From Raillietiella orientalis (taxonomy: Eukaryota): 64,000 nt of DNA. The notes beneath the pieces are model-generated. The model was not told the origin of the DNA, ran no database searches, and saw nothing but the letters and a program-made list of their open reading frames with translations. Positions 24,401 through 36,562 of this stretch are shown piece by piece (the stretch's first letter is position 1; the number at the start of each line of letters is the position of its first letter). The position numbers were made by a program, and so were the translations under genes. Location: NCBI GenBank assembly GCA_036172245.1, contig JAYWIR010000023.1, forward strand, positions 1,178,001 to 1,242,000. Reading direction: 5' to 3'.

Positions 24401-27400
24401 ATTTGAGCCGCACACGTTCCCACGAATGTAACCCGTCTCGGTCTTCTCAAATGAGTGCATCTTCCCGGTAGTGAAAACACAGATCGAAGGAGGCTGGCAA
24501 CGGCGGCCTCGCGAAGATTCACGTCGTCAGCGTACAAGTGCTCCTCCCGCTGCGAAGCAAAGTCCTTTCTTTGTCCTTGGTACTTCATGATTGTTTACGA
24601 GTGAGGTCACACCAGAGGATGGTTGAAGATAACTCAGTTCCCCCCTCCCTCGGAATCGATCGTTCCAGCGGTGGCTGGATTCAGATTGAGCGCGATGCTT
24701 CGTTTCCCCGCAAACCTTCAGTTCCCGGGTCGGTAGTGAGCACGATCTTTTCCCCGGTCCGCGATCTCTTAGGAACTGTCGCTTCGAAGCGTTCTCTGCT
24801 TTCCATCATCCAGAGAGACAGAGAGGGAGAGCGAAAAATAAAGCGTTTCCCTTTTTGGAGAGAATGAGGAGGAGAAGAAGAAGAAGAAAAATGAAATTTT
24901 CTTGATTGCGCCTCGTCATTCTCCCTCCGACCGTGCCGCCATCTTTGCGTGATGCGCAATTACTCGGTTCAAATTTATCGCATTTCCCAGATCGTGATGG
25001 AGACCAAAACATTTTCCCTCCTGGCAAGAAACGACCTCGCGCGCCCCGTGATCCCGAGCGATTAAATATACATCTGGTGTGTGTGTGTGTGTGCGTGTGT
25101 GCGTGAGCGCGCGCTCCGAACATTCCGTACGGCGCCTCGGAGCGCTCCGTGCTCCGGTATCTCAGGTTCTGGCGGGGAGCAGCAGCAACTTCCTCACCCG
25201 ATCTCGGTTGGATCGCGCTGTTTGCTGCTGCTGCTCCTCCCAGAATCTCGGGAGAAAAACGAATGGAGGACTTTTCTTCTTGCTTGTCTGTTTGCCTTTC
25301 GCTCCCAGAGGGAACGCCGTCGCTGATGGCAATCGAACGGAAGAAGAACCGCCGGCGGAGTCTCGGAGAGCCGGTGGTGGACTTCCCGTTCCTGGAAGCG
25401 GCACCCTGCTATCGGCTTTCTCCAGAGTTTGCCCAACATGACGATCGTCTCCAGGAGCGAACAGCGGACGTTCGGTGAGCGGCGGAGTCGTTTCTACTGC
25501 TCGGCAGGGGGCGTCGCGGAGGAACCGCTCGGAACGCCGGGATCCCGGATCGCCAAATGAAAACATAGCCCACCGGCTGTGATGATTATGTACGGATCCC
25601 GGACCAGCTGGCTGAGCGTTGGTCCTTCCTGCTTCGAGTGCCGCATCCCGGGCTGCAACACGAGCAACTGGAGCACTAAGGGTGGGTACGGATGCTCTTA
25701 GATCAGCGACGCCTGTCCCAAGGACTTACTTCCGTTCAGGAAGGTCAGCGTGGCCAGGATGAGGAAGGGGGCACTCTTGCCCACATACTGATACATCACT
25801 CCCCCGAAGGGCGGTCCGACGAGCACCCCAAGTGCCAGCCCTCCCAGGGCGATACCCATGGCGTTCCCCCGTTCCTTGTCGTCCGGGTAGACTTCGGCAA
25901 GCATGCCCATGCCTGGAAGGGAAGGAGGTGGAGGGAGGTCGCGGAGGAACGCTTTACCTGACACGGTGGAGAAGGAAGAGCCGAATCCTTGTAGGGCCCT
26001 CGCGACGAACAACACTGCGTAGGTCCTTCCAAAAGCAAATACTATAAAGGAGGAAGGGGAGGGGGAGAGAAGTAACCGAAGGACTTAACTCGCGCAAGTG
26101 AGCTGCGGGGGTAGGTTGGTCAGCACGCGAAGGAGGACACGAGGAGCTGGAGCGGTCTCCCGTCTATGGGTGGGGAGAGCCCGGAAACGCGCGCGGGTAT
26201 GAGGACGGGGGAGGGAGGGATCATGCCAAAGCTCAGGGGGAAGTGCGCGAGCGCGCGCGCAAAGGTCGGCAGGAGGAGCCGGATTGGCCATCTCCGAGTG
26301 ACTTTGCGCGGGAAGCGACGTCTCCTCGGACCCCCGTCTCCCAGTCTTCGTGCACCGCTCTGTCCGCGGCGGGCACGCCGACGGAGGTGTTCTGTGGTTT
26401 CCTCCCTTCCCCACTTCACCATCGGTCAGCGACAGCAGCAACCGCCAAAAAAAAAAAGAAAAGAAAAGCAAAAGAAAGAGGGAAAAGAGAAGGGAAGGGA
26501 AGGGGAGCAGAAGAGGGAGGAAGCTCTGGAAAGTGCCTGGAAGGGGTGCACGCGTCTCTGCGGGCCGTGACCAGAGAGGAGAGTCCCCCCGCGCAGATGC
26601 GCGCGCGGTGAGAACCCTGAGAACGTACCCAAGGTCGAGATGAAGATGATGACGAACCCAGTGAACATGGGGATCGAGTACCCGATCCTGAAACGAACTG
26701 CCGCTCGAGAGCTTGCCGCCCCCGCGGGCTCCAGTTCAACCTGTTGGTCAGCAGGCCTATGAACGGGTTGGTGATGATCTGAACTACGGCCTTGGACGCA
26801 AACATCAGTCCCACTCCCAGGTTCTCCTTGGTCAGCTCCTCGTGCCTTCTGTGGAAATCCGTAGCTGAAAGTGCGATCGTTAGGATTTTGCGAGGGCGCG
26901 AAGGAGGCGCGGGAAGACAGGGAGACGGTTCCCTTTTTCTACCACGTGTCCGGAGGTCGTTATTCTGCGCGCGGGAGGCATTAGGAGGAAGAGGAAGCGA
27001 CAGGGGGGGCGCGATCCCTCTCTTTTCTTCCCGGAGTCCGGTTCGATCAGCTGATCGCTTGCCCACCGCCGGCCACCACCTGCCTCCCGATGAAGGGGAA
27101 GGACGGACGCTCTTCGCCCCACGGATTCGGGAGAGGGTAAGGGGGTGGGTGGACACCACGGAGATGCCGCGCGTGATCGCCAACCGTTCTCAGTCACAGC
27201 TTATTTTCTCAGGGAAGACCGCGGAGAGCGAGACTGCAAGGGGAGTATGATGACGGACCAGTTCGGAACTTCCGAGAATCAATCCCGAGATCATTTAGTC
27301 GGATGTTCAAAAAGCTGCAAGATGGCCGTAGGGAGGGACCGGAAGAACCGCCCTGTCCATGCTTTTCCGGCGCAAAGACGGACTTCAGGAGATCTGCATT

Positions 27401-30400
27401 TCAGTCGCTCGCCCTGCAGTTTTAAATCGCCTTGCTGGGCGCCATGCTGCTCGCACAATCTGACGTCACGCCGCGAAGCCGGTTGAGCCGCTTTCAGCTG
27501 GCTCTCTCTGCTCCATGACGGGGAGAGCAAGGTGTAGCCTGGTGAGAGGAAGACATTTCGATCACAACACTCGGGAGGACTCGAGCCTGATGAAAAGGCG
27601 AAGCACAAAAGAACGCAACCCAGGATGCCCTTATGAGGGATTCTCCCGCTGAGAAAAAGAATGGTCCCAGTTCCTAAAGAATGAGGAAGGATCGTTTCCT
27701 GGCACGTATCCCCAATACAGGTTTCGTCGATCGCACCCACGTGTCAGATCCGGAGCCACGAGCGCTGATCAAAACCAGGAAATGGAAACGAGGTCCATGC
27801 AAGAAGCCAATTCCAGTGTCGAGACTCAAACCGGAAATCCGGAAACGGGCTGAGCGCTTATAAGACCGAATCGAGTCCGGTCCTAAAAGCTTCCCAAAAA
27901 GGGACCGGGTCTTTCCGACGAGACCTAATGGATGCGAGAGCAAAGTGATCACTGAAAGGAACACCTGCAACTGCAGCCGACAAACTGGTCATCAAACCCT
28001 TCTTGCCTGCCGAAAGGCTGGCAGGCAAGAAGAGGGGGGGGGGGGAACCAATCAACTTGCGGCGCTTCCTCCCAAGGTCGAAAAAAACGAGCGTCACGAT
28101 GAATGGCCATCCGTCAAACAATATTTGGCATTTTTCTTTTCCACAGCAACCAATCTGAACCCCGGAGCCGCTGCTCTGGTTGCACCCATGGCAGTAAACG
28201 ATCTGCGAGAGCGCCGGAAAGTTGACAGTGCACGCACACTCCGAGAGAGGTTCTCGGCTCTCGGGAACCTTGAGAACGGACAGGGAGGGGAGGGGGGGGG
28301 GCACATTACGCGCGGCCGGGTTCAGAGAGCGGGTCGCGCCACTCGGCCGAAGCGCGCGCTTTGGATTCTTCCACGGGGAGCTCCTGAAGTTTCGTAGAAA
28401 GCGAAAGCGGGAAGCTAGTGGGAGGACTGCGCGTTTTCAGATGAATGGCTTGGCCGAGGGTCTGATCCACCGAGAGGGGGCGGCGGACCAAGGACGTGAT
28501 GTCCGACGAGCTGCCGGACGTGCATGTGCTCGACCTTGAGCTCCCCGGCAGGATGCTGGGGAACGAGGGGGAAAGCGGTGGACTGGTTGCGGAGGAGGCG
28601 CCCGTCGGATCGAAAGGGAGAGCCGAACCGCTGACTCTTGGAAGGTCCGTTTGAACGAGCGTCGGGCCCCGCAGAGCGTTCGGGCTTGCTATCGAACGGG
28701 AACTCTGGAAACGCCGCAGTCTGCAGGGGTTCCTGTCCGTCTCCCACGGAAGAAGAGGAAGGTGCGGGGACCTTCGAGCTGGTGCGGCAGCCTGAATCTT
28801 CAAGGTGAACGGCGCTGCTCTGGGGGTTTACCCGCGCCGAAGGCGCCAAGCTGCATCCCCAAGCACACGGCGCGTGCTCCGAGAGAGAAGAGACTGTATC
28901 CCAACGGGCTCGATCATTCAATCATCCCGGGATGCGAGGAATGCTGCTCCGCAATCGGCACGCCATGGTTGCTAGCGGCACCGACAAAGTGCGGAGGAAA
29001 AGGGAGGCGGGCAAGCTAGGTGCCGGTGTGACCGCTGCAATGAGGAGAGCTAGAAGGTCGAGCTCCTCGGGATGATGCCTTGCCTCTTTCCGTGGATGAA
29101 GAAGGGCGGTCAGCCCCGCGAAGGTTCCTCCGACAGCCGGGGATGGTCAGAAGCGGATGTTTTCGAAAACAACCGCCAGCGTGCGCAGTTCGCTGCCGAA
29201 GGAAGCTTCCAGAAGAAAAGGAGACTTGAATAAAGGCCGCGTCTATAAATCAAGACTGGTGGAACAATGTGAGCGGCCGTTGAGGGATGCTACGTCTCAT
29301 CTCGCGGAGTTGTTTCGGCGAGAGCCAGCATTCGGTTGGAATCCCACTCGGAGTTTGCCCACGTCGGCGACGCATCCGCGTGCATCCTCCTAGCAAGGTG
29401 CTTTTCGAACTCCTTCCGCTTTCGGTTCCTCCCTCTGTTTGGCTTCCCTCGGCCACCAGGGGGTGCCGCGTCCGTCCGAAGAGAACTGAGGGCTCTGCTC
29501 CAAAACGGAGCAGGAGTTGGATGACCATTTACATTCGAGTGCCAGCGTTTCTTCCTTCCGTCTGATACGGGCGCTAGTAAAGGAATGAGAGCGACAAACC
29601 GGAGAGATTCTATTCTGAATGGGGAGAGGTAGCTTACTATGTAGAAAACGTTCCTAAACCTCTAGAAGTGCTTCCTGCAGGAAGCGTCTTATGAAAGCAA
29701 ACGCACGCAATTTGTGAAGGTAAGAAATCCAAATCCGTGAGGCGGCAGAAGAGGTTTGGAACGAGAATGGGTCCGACGGAGGGGTTCGAGACTGGCACTC
29801 CTGTTTTAGGACGCGAACCAACGAATCGTGCAAGAGCGAGAGGAGCGCGCGAGTCGCTGCAAGGCTTCAGCTTCTCGAAAAGGGGAATGGGAGGCAGCGA
29901 GTCAATTTATGGTACAAGACTATAAGCGGCGAACAGGAATCCCGTAGCCTTGACCAGTGCTGATTGCTCCAGAGCGTCTCGGCGCTCGGTCGTTCTGCCG
30001 AGTCACGCACTCTCCGAGCCAGGCGTGTGGCGTGACCGAGTGCGGCGTTCCTGGAGCTCGCATTCCTGCTGCGATCTGCAGCAAATGGGAAGGGAAATCG
30101 GAAGTATGCGAGGAAGAGACGGTTGTTTCCCAGCGACGTGTTGTCCGCGCCGTCCATGCCACAGGAACAGGATTTCTTCTTTTCCTTTTTTCTTCTTGAT
30201 GGTGGGATCCGAAAAGATGCCCGATCGTAACTTTGTCCTTCCAGTTTTCTCAGGGAAGGCAAATGCTCCTCCGTTGTATTAAGCGGACTCTATGCCATCG
30301 CGTCGGACGCGATTTCGATCGAGATGGAACTTCCAGATAACACGAGGGAAAAGAGTTCGGTGCCGCTGTTTTCGTAGAGCTGCGCGGTTTCCTTTTTCCT

Positions 30401-33400
30401 TTTCTTTTCTTTTTTTTTTTGTCTTCACGAGATCCTTCTCCCTCTCTGCTGTAAATAGCGAAGCTTCGCGATAGATGTGAGGCACACACCAGACGAATGG
30501 AGGAGTAAAGGACGCCGTCGGGAAGGAGTTGCACACCCCAGTAATTCGGGATTTCTGTGCGCGAAATTTTTTCCAATCCGTATTCCCAAGTGAGAGGAGT
30601 CTGCGTGCATCACTGTGGGCACGGAAGCCGTGTGCACATGCCGAGGGCCGGATAAGTGGTCAGCGATGATGAAGGATGACTCCAAGTTTTTGTCCATAGG
30701 CCAGACACCATCCGCATTGCGGGATGTGTTTATGATGCGACCAGGGAAAAGCACTTGTTTGATACGCAATTACAGTCGCTAGAAGAGACGGACCAAGTGC
30801 TTGGAAGAAAATGCCCAGCCACATCAGGAGCCGCCGTCTCATCAAGAAGTCGGCTTTCTTTTGAGACAGGCGGGCCCCCGAGGCTAAGCCTGCTCTTTGC
30901 CAGAACACGAAGCTTTTCTGGAGAGCGAAGTACCCTGCTTCCAAGACCCGTTCTGCCCGCTCCGCTTCTGCATGGGAAGCATCCAAAACCAGCGATACTC
31001 AATCTGCGGCCCGCCAAGCTTCCATGTGCGGCCCATCTCATTCACAGTCATTACGTATTTTCTTTCCAACTTCTGATGGTCGGGCGGTGGTTTTTGTGAA
31101 AGGCGAATCCTCGAGCGGTGGGCACCCGCACGTTCAGCGCTCCTGCGGGTTGTCGTTTGTTTGCTGAGTGATTCGGTGCAATGACGCTGTTGCGTACAGT
31201 TTCGTCTATCATACAGTCCATACGCGGAAAGAATACAGTCTGTGCTTAACCCGCCACGATTGGAACGAGATGTTGAAAAAAAAATCTGAAGGATCGGATG
31301 TGAGCAAATACTTACGTCCGATTCTTCAGATTTTTTTTGCATAAAATGGATGAATGTAAAAAAAAAATTCATGCTGTGCTAAAGTTTGTAGAATCAATTA
31401 AAATATGTATAAAGAATTTTTAATGATTATACTATAATCTATAACGTGCTGTATACAGCTCGCGTAATGTTGCAAACTTATGGATGTGTCCCGGATGAAC
31501 GGGGCTGCAGCTCGCATCCTCGCCACTAGCTTGACTGATGCGAAGATGGGGAAAGGAAACCACGGAGCAAAGAGAAGAGCTGGAAGTTTCGAGCTGCTTC
31601 TACTCGCGCGTGGACAGTTGCAAGGGATGCGGGAAGTCTGTGAGAAGTGCTGCAGGCATCCGAAGTCCGGGGGGAAGGGGAGAGAAATTTTCGTGAATGT
31701 GCTCAGGGAAGTACGGGAGCTGCAAGAAGAATTTGAGGAAAGGAGGTCATTTTAGCAGGAAAAACGCAAGCTTGGAAGACACGAAATTATGATCTAGTTC
31801 CCCCCTCCCTCCCTTCCCCAAAACAACAACAACTTATTTTGGGGAATTCGATGAAGGACGGGCGCAACGGGCGCTCCAAGTCGCGACTTCCGGCTAGCAC
31901 GAAGTCTGCACCGCGATTCTCGAAAGTCTTCCCCGAGCTCCGTCTCCTGGTCTTCTCGGGAAAGTCGGTTCTCGGAGAGAACGGGAGGCCCGCGGGATGT
32001 GCAACCCTTTCATTCTCGAAGCACGCATTCGGGGCGACGTCCGTCCAAACAGGAGATGCGACGCTGGAGCCGCGACGGACGGAGTCGGCTTTGCGAGAGA
32101 GATGGTGCGGACGCTGCCCCGGCGAGCGCGTTCGGCTCCACGCCTCGCGAATTGCGGAGAGCCTTTCGCACCAGACCACCGCCGCGCGCGTCGAACGGGT
32201 ACGCGCGGCGCGCGTGACCTTTCCTTTTCGTCGTGCGCGCACATCCTGCGCGGCTGCGAAATGTAGAGGGCGGGAAACGATGGAGAGCAGTGTGTCGGAG
32301 GAGGGAGGATGGGGGGGGGGATCTGTCGGTCACGGTCAGTCACCTCACGAAGAGGCGTGCTGCGAGCTACAGTTTTCACACACGGAGACTGCTTCTTAAT
32401 ACCTGCAGCTCTTTCTTCCTTCCTTCCTTTGTGTTTGCGTTTCTTTCCTTCCCTTCCGGTCCAGCTATTCGGCGAGGCGGGTTTACATAGGCGGGTCTCC
32501 CAGCGAAGAAGTCAATTCCGATTTCGAAGAATTTTCGAGAGCTGCACAAAAAAGGCTCCGCAGGCCGCAGGCTCCCCACATCTCATCGGTAGGCCCATTA
32601 ATCTGTGAAGGGATGCACCTTTTTTTTTTTTTTTTGTCGCACACGGGGGAGTGGCATCTGAGGGCGAGCGCGCTTCTGTGGAGATTCGGGAGCTGCGGGA
32701 GTCCCGGGAGTGTTTAGTGATAGTCCTTGCGGGACCTGGATGTGCCCCTATTTGTTTACTGGCTTTCCAAAGAAGCGTGGAGCTTCGGATGCCATCCGCT
32801 GACTGCGACCTGGTTCTTGATTTTCGGTGTGATTACCACGAGGATTGAGGGAAGCGCAAGGTCAGGACGACGCGAAGCGATGCTGCCAGGACGGAAGTGG
32901 TCCTCGAACTCACTGCGGAAAAACTCCGGTCGCGGATCGGTTAGCAGGACTCGCCTGGTCACATGTGAAGATCGCAGCTTCCGCTTTTGCTGTCTGCGTC
33001 CTCTCACCAACTTTCACACTCAAGGCCAGCCAGCCCGGCATGCAAGAATGCCTCCGCGAAATCGGCGTCCATCTGCTGCCCTGCTGGCCCTGCAAGAGCT
33101 GCCTGTGCAAGGCTTACATGACCCTGACTGAAGGGCGACGGCGGATCGTCTGAAGCGCGAGACGTTCTCTGCTGCCAAAGGAGCTGCCCCGTCTCTGTGG
33201 GGGTTTCCTGCTGTGGAGCTCGTGGTTAGCGTGTTGAGGGGCTCCATCTCGTGTATTGGGAACTCAGAAAACACACGCACTCGCTCTTCGCCGCACACCT
33301 TCCAGATGCCAGCACCTCACTCGGGACTTTCCTCCTTGCCTTCTTTCGTGCTCCCGGGTACCGAAGCCCGTTTTCCGACACGAGGAGGAAGGCAGTCCTC

Positions 33401-36400
33401 CCTAGTGCTGAATTTCTTCCCCTCCCACCTTCCCCTACTCCTGTCGTCGGTCGTCCAGGAGTTCCGCAGAAGAGAAGTACCAGTTGCTACGTTTCGCAGT
33501 TTCTCCGGAGAAAAGTCTCATTCTGAGGCTGCTCACGAGACGACAGACAGGCTCGAAGGCGAAGCGATGCTTCCAGGAACCTCTTTTATCGCGCTCGACT
33601 GCCGTATCTTCTGGTGGGTAGGCGCCATGGACTCTTCCGGCGGCGCGGTTACGCGTGCCACTCGCAGAGTCGCCTTCGCAGAGCCTCCTATGAGAGTCTG
33701 CGCGGCTCCTACGTGGCCTTCTTCCTTCTTCTTCCTTCTTGTAGAGTCCACAGTTGCTGATCGAGCTGCATCCTCGATCCCGGCAAGCGACAGGATCACC
33801 ACAAGCAACAGGGACAGATGAGAAGGGAGTCTCTAATCAACCCCTCTCCGGGAGACCTCGCCTCCCTTCCTCCTCGCTATCCAGGAGGTGAGACGAGAGG
33901 CAGCTCGCCCGTCGACATGGCAGCGGAAGCCAGACTTCCGTGCAACGCCCGGCGCATACGTCGCTGGCTCGGCGCGCCCGCGGGTAGAGCCGTCGCTTCG
34001 ATGGCCGGCTCTTGCTCGCTGGGAGAGCGAGGCTCTGACCAGGGGAGCGTCACTTCCCTCCTCCTCCTCCTCACCTCATCTTCTCTCTCGACTTCATAGC
34101 CCCCCCTATGTGGCTGCGAGCAAACGCGTGTAGAAGAGGTGGACATTCTCGGCGGAGGGTCTCGGCGATCTGACGGGTCGATCCCGACTTTTAGGGAGCT
34201 CAGGAACTCTGGGTGAGCTGAACGAAGGAAAGGAGGGTTGCGCGTCCCTTCGGGAGTCTTCCAGGGGCCTGTCGTCCCTCGCCGTCTCCTGTGCACCATC
34301 CGGACACCCCTACTTACTCGATGAGATTCGTCCCGTCCCGCTGCCTCCACCGCCCTCGTCTGGAGGCAGCTGCCTGCAGAAGGCGCCGTAGCAGCGAAAG
34401 TGTTGCCTCCAGGGGTCGTACTTCCGGTCATCGTTGTAGTCGCTGCCTCTACCGAAGGGTGGGGTGGTGGTCAGGTTGGAAGGAATGGTGACCCCTCCGT
34501 CTGGAAGCTGCGCCTCCTCCTCCAAAGGTCTCTGGACCAGTTCATTGAGGGTGCCGTTCTGCAGCCGTCCTTCCTCTTCCGCCTCATGGCTGATCTCGTA
34601 GAGGAACTCCGGGATGATGGGAACTGCAAGAGAGCGGTTCAGCAGCGCCACCTCCCGGAGGACCATCGCGGCCCCACGCTCCCGGACCAATTACCCCAGG
34701 GAACATCAGTGCTAGCGCTCCACTCGATCCTTTCCTCGTGAGAAGGAACGTTCCCAGAGCCCAGGGCGGGCGTCTCCGAGGGGCGTCCTGTAGGACCGCG
34801 CTCTGCCCCGCTTTCCCCGCACCACTCCCGGTTTCTAAAGGAAGTTCCCGGAGAGATGGGGGTCAAACCGGACCCGTAGGGGCGATCGAGAATCTACGGG
34901 AGAGGCCCTCCTTCACCCCCCTCCCACACACACACAAACCTTCCCTTCGCTGCTACGCGAAGGTGGATGAATAACCGCTCCCGCGCAGCGCATGACCTGA
35001 CTGCTGCCTCTCGGATCGCAGGCGAGGGGGAGGAGCTTTCCTCCCTTTAGTAGGGACCTCGTCGGAGTCTCTTGCACAGGGGAAAACGGAACGCTTGGGA
35101 AGGGAAGAGGGGTGAGATCCTGTCCTGAGCTAACGGAGGTCCCTTTGTCTCTTCACTTGCACTTGAACCACCGCCTTCGTCGGCACTTCGGAACGTCGTC
35201 CACGTCCTTGACCTTTCAGGTCCGAGAAGAAGACAGGGAATTTCTGGACGGGGAATAGGGGGTAAGACGGCGGTAAGCGGAAGTTCGTCACAATCCCGCT
35301 GGTCCCCGGAACAGCTTTTCCGATCCTTGGCGGGACATCTTCTGTCATTGCTTGGAAGTACATCGCCTTCGGGTTGGCTTCTCTTCTCCCTCCAGAGATG
35401 GCGCTAACCAGCGGGATGCTAATGCTGTTGCCTCTCGCCAGGAGGGCACAAGGGAGAAGGTGCGATGGAACAAAAGCGGGTGATGGGGGCAAGGGAAGGG
35501 GGTTCCCACCCTTACATCGGCCCCCTATAGCAGGGGGAAAGAAGGGGCAGGGAGGAAGCGGTCAGAGGCATATGGGAGGAAGGAGTTGCTCCTCCTTGAG
35601 GGAGATGAAGTGGCTCGTGCGGGCATGTTCCTGGGCGGACGCTCACCAGGGGGATGAGCTGTTGGGCCCTTCGCCAGGACGGCCTCTGCTTTTCTTTCCT
35701 AAACTCATCTTGGGAATTTCCACCGGGATAACTGGGGAAGGGCGATCCGGAGGTCGCTGGACTTCCTCCAACTGTCCCTTCCCGCGCGCGGATCACGCTC
35801 GAGAATCTTGGATTTCTGGATCACGAGAAAGAGGGAAAGTGAGACTGAGGAATCTCTTCGTCACTCCCTCGTGCGGTCCGGCAGGGATCCTTGGAATGCT
35901 TCGAGGAATTCCAGACGAGAGTGAGAACGGGACCCGGAGATGACCGGCCACTCATCTCGTGCCTCCCTTCTTCCAGGAGTCTTCCCGATGCCCACCATCT
36001 TCTTCCCGTGGAAGGAAGGTCGTCGTCATCCGGGGAACTTCGAGGGCGTGAGGACGCCCCCTCCTTCATAGGGAGGCTGCGGTGTCCTGCGCTGCTCCCT
36101 GGCCGCCCTCGGATTCCTGACATCCCATCTGTGCATCTCCACGTCACGTCCCCTCCGGCCGTCGCCCTTTGCCGAACTTCCGGGACTCACGCTTCAGGAA
36201 GGGTCGCTCCTTCCCGAAGCAGGCTCGACTCCTTCTTTTCCGACTTTTTCCCTTCCGGTCTGGCGGAGGAAGGGTGCCGTCTCTCGTGCAGGTCCAATTG
36301 CCTTCTGAGGCACTTCGCTTCCCCACCCGCGCAGCTGACCCCAAGCCAGTCTTCCTCCGGACTCCGGAGTTAATGCCCCCGCGCGCTCCTGACGCCGGGT

Positions 36401-36562
36401 CTCTCCCTCCCTCTCTCCGCCCCGCTCACCGACTGTCGTCAAGAGCATGTTGTCCAGCAGCAGGGCAATGGCGACGAGGACGAGGACGAGCCTTCGGGAT
36501 TCCCGGCACTTTCTCAGGAACCCTACCATCTGCGCGGCCGACAGGATACCCATCTTCATCAT
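21490..36562 (-). CDS. VMAT: Vesicular monoamine transporter (SLC18A1/A2 family; Vmat / cat-1 orthologue)
   Basis: 12 phase-consistent exons: 36562-36430, 34623-34318, 26864-26741, 26687-26629, 26041-25958, 25912-25730, 25675-25574, 22359-22185, 22110-22059, 21992-21809, 21749-21616, 21567-21490. Total 1614 nt, 537 aa. Motifs [127 protein letters not shown]. The C-terminal tail has dileucine (EENQLL) and YxxF (YISF) sorting motifs. Confidence 0.96.
22383..22404. repeat. (AT)n microsatellite in VMAT intron
   Basis: About 11 AT units just upstream of the exon 8 acceptor. Confidence 0.9.
23440..23900 (-). mobile_element. Highly decayed Tc1/mariner-superfamily transposase remnant
   Basis: Frame-shifted fragments in the expected order: [12 protein letters not shown] (cf. 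VxVWxxxSxxG), TRPYS...MNNLFGW (cf. ARPH...LNxxFxxW), LPRS / EMDFFV (cf. WPPRSPDLNPxDFF). Weak similarity recognised by eye. Confidence 0.3.
25077..25103. repeat. (GT)n microsatellite, imperfect
   Basis: gtgtgtgtgtgtgtgtgcgtgtgtgcg, read directly. Confidence 0.85.
25309..25474 (+). other. Candidate exon antisense to VMAT (inside VMAT intron 7)
   Basis: Long pyrimidine tract plus CAG acceptor at 25308 and donor CG|GTGAGC at 25475. The frame is open from ATG 25326 ([50 protein letters not shown]). No homologue recognised. Confidence 0.3.

Noticed and set aside
34624..34690. Alternative VMAT N-terminus from ORF 34310-34690
   Set aside because: It lacks TM1 (LLDNML). The frame simply runs into intron upstream of a good TTGCAG acceptor, and the real first exon is 36430-36562.
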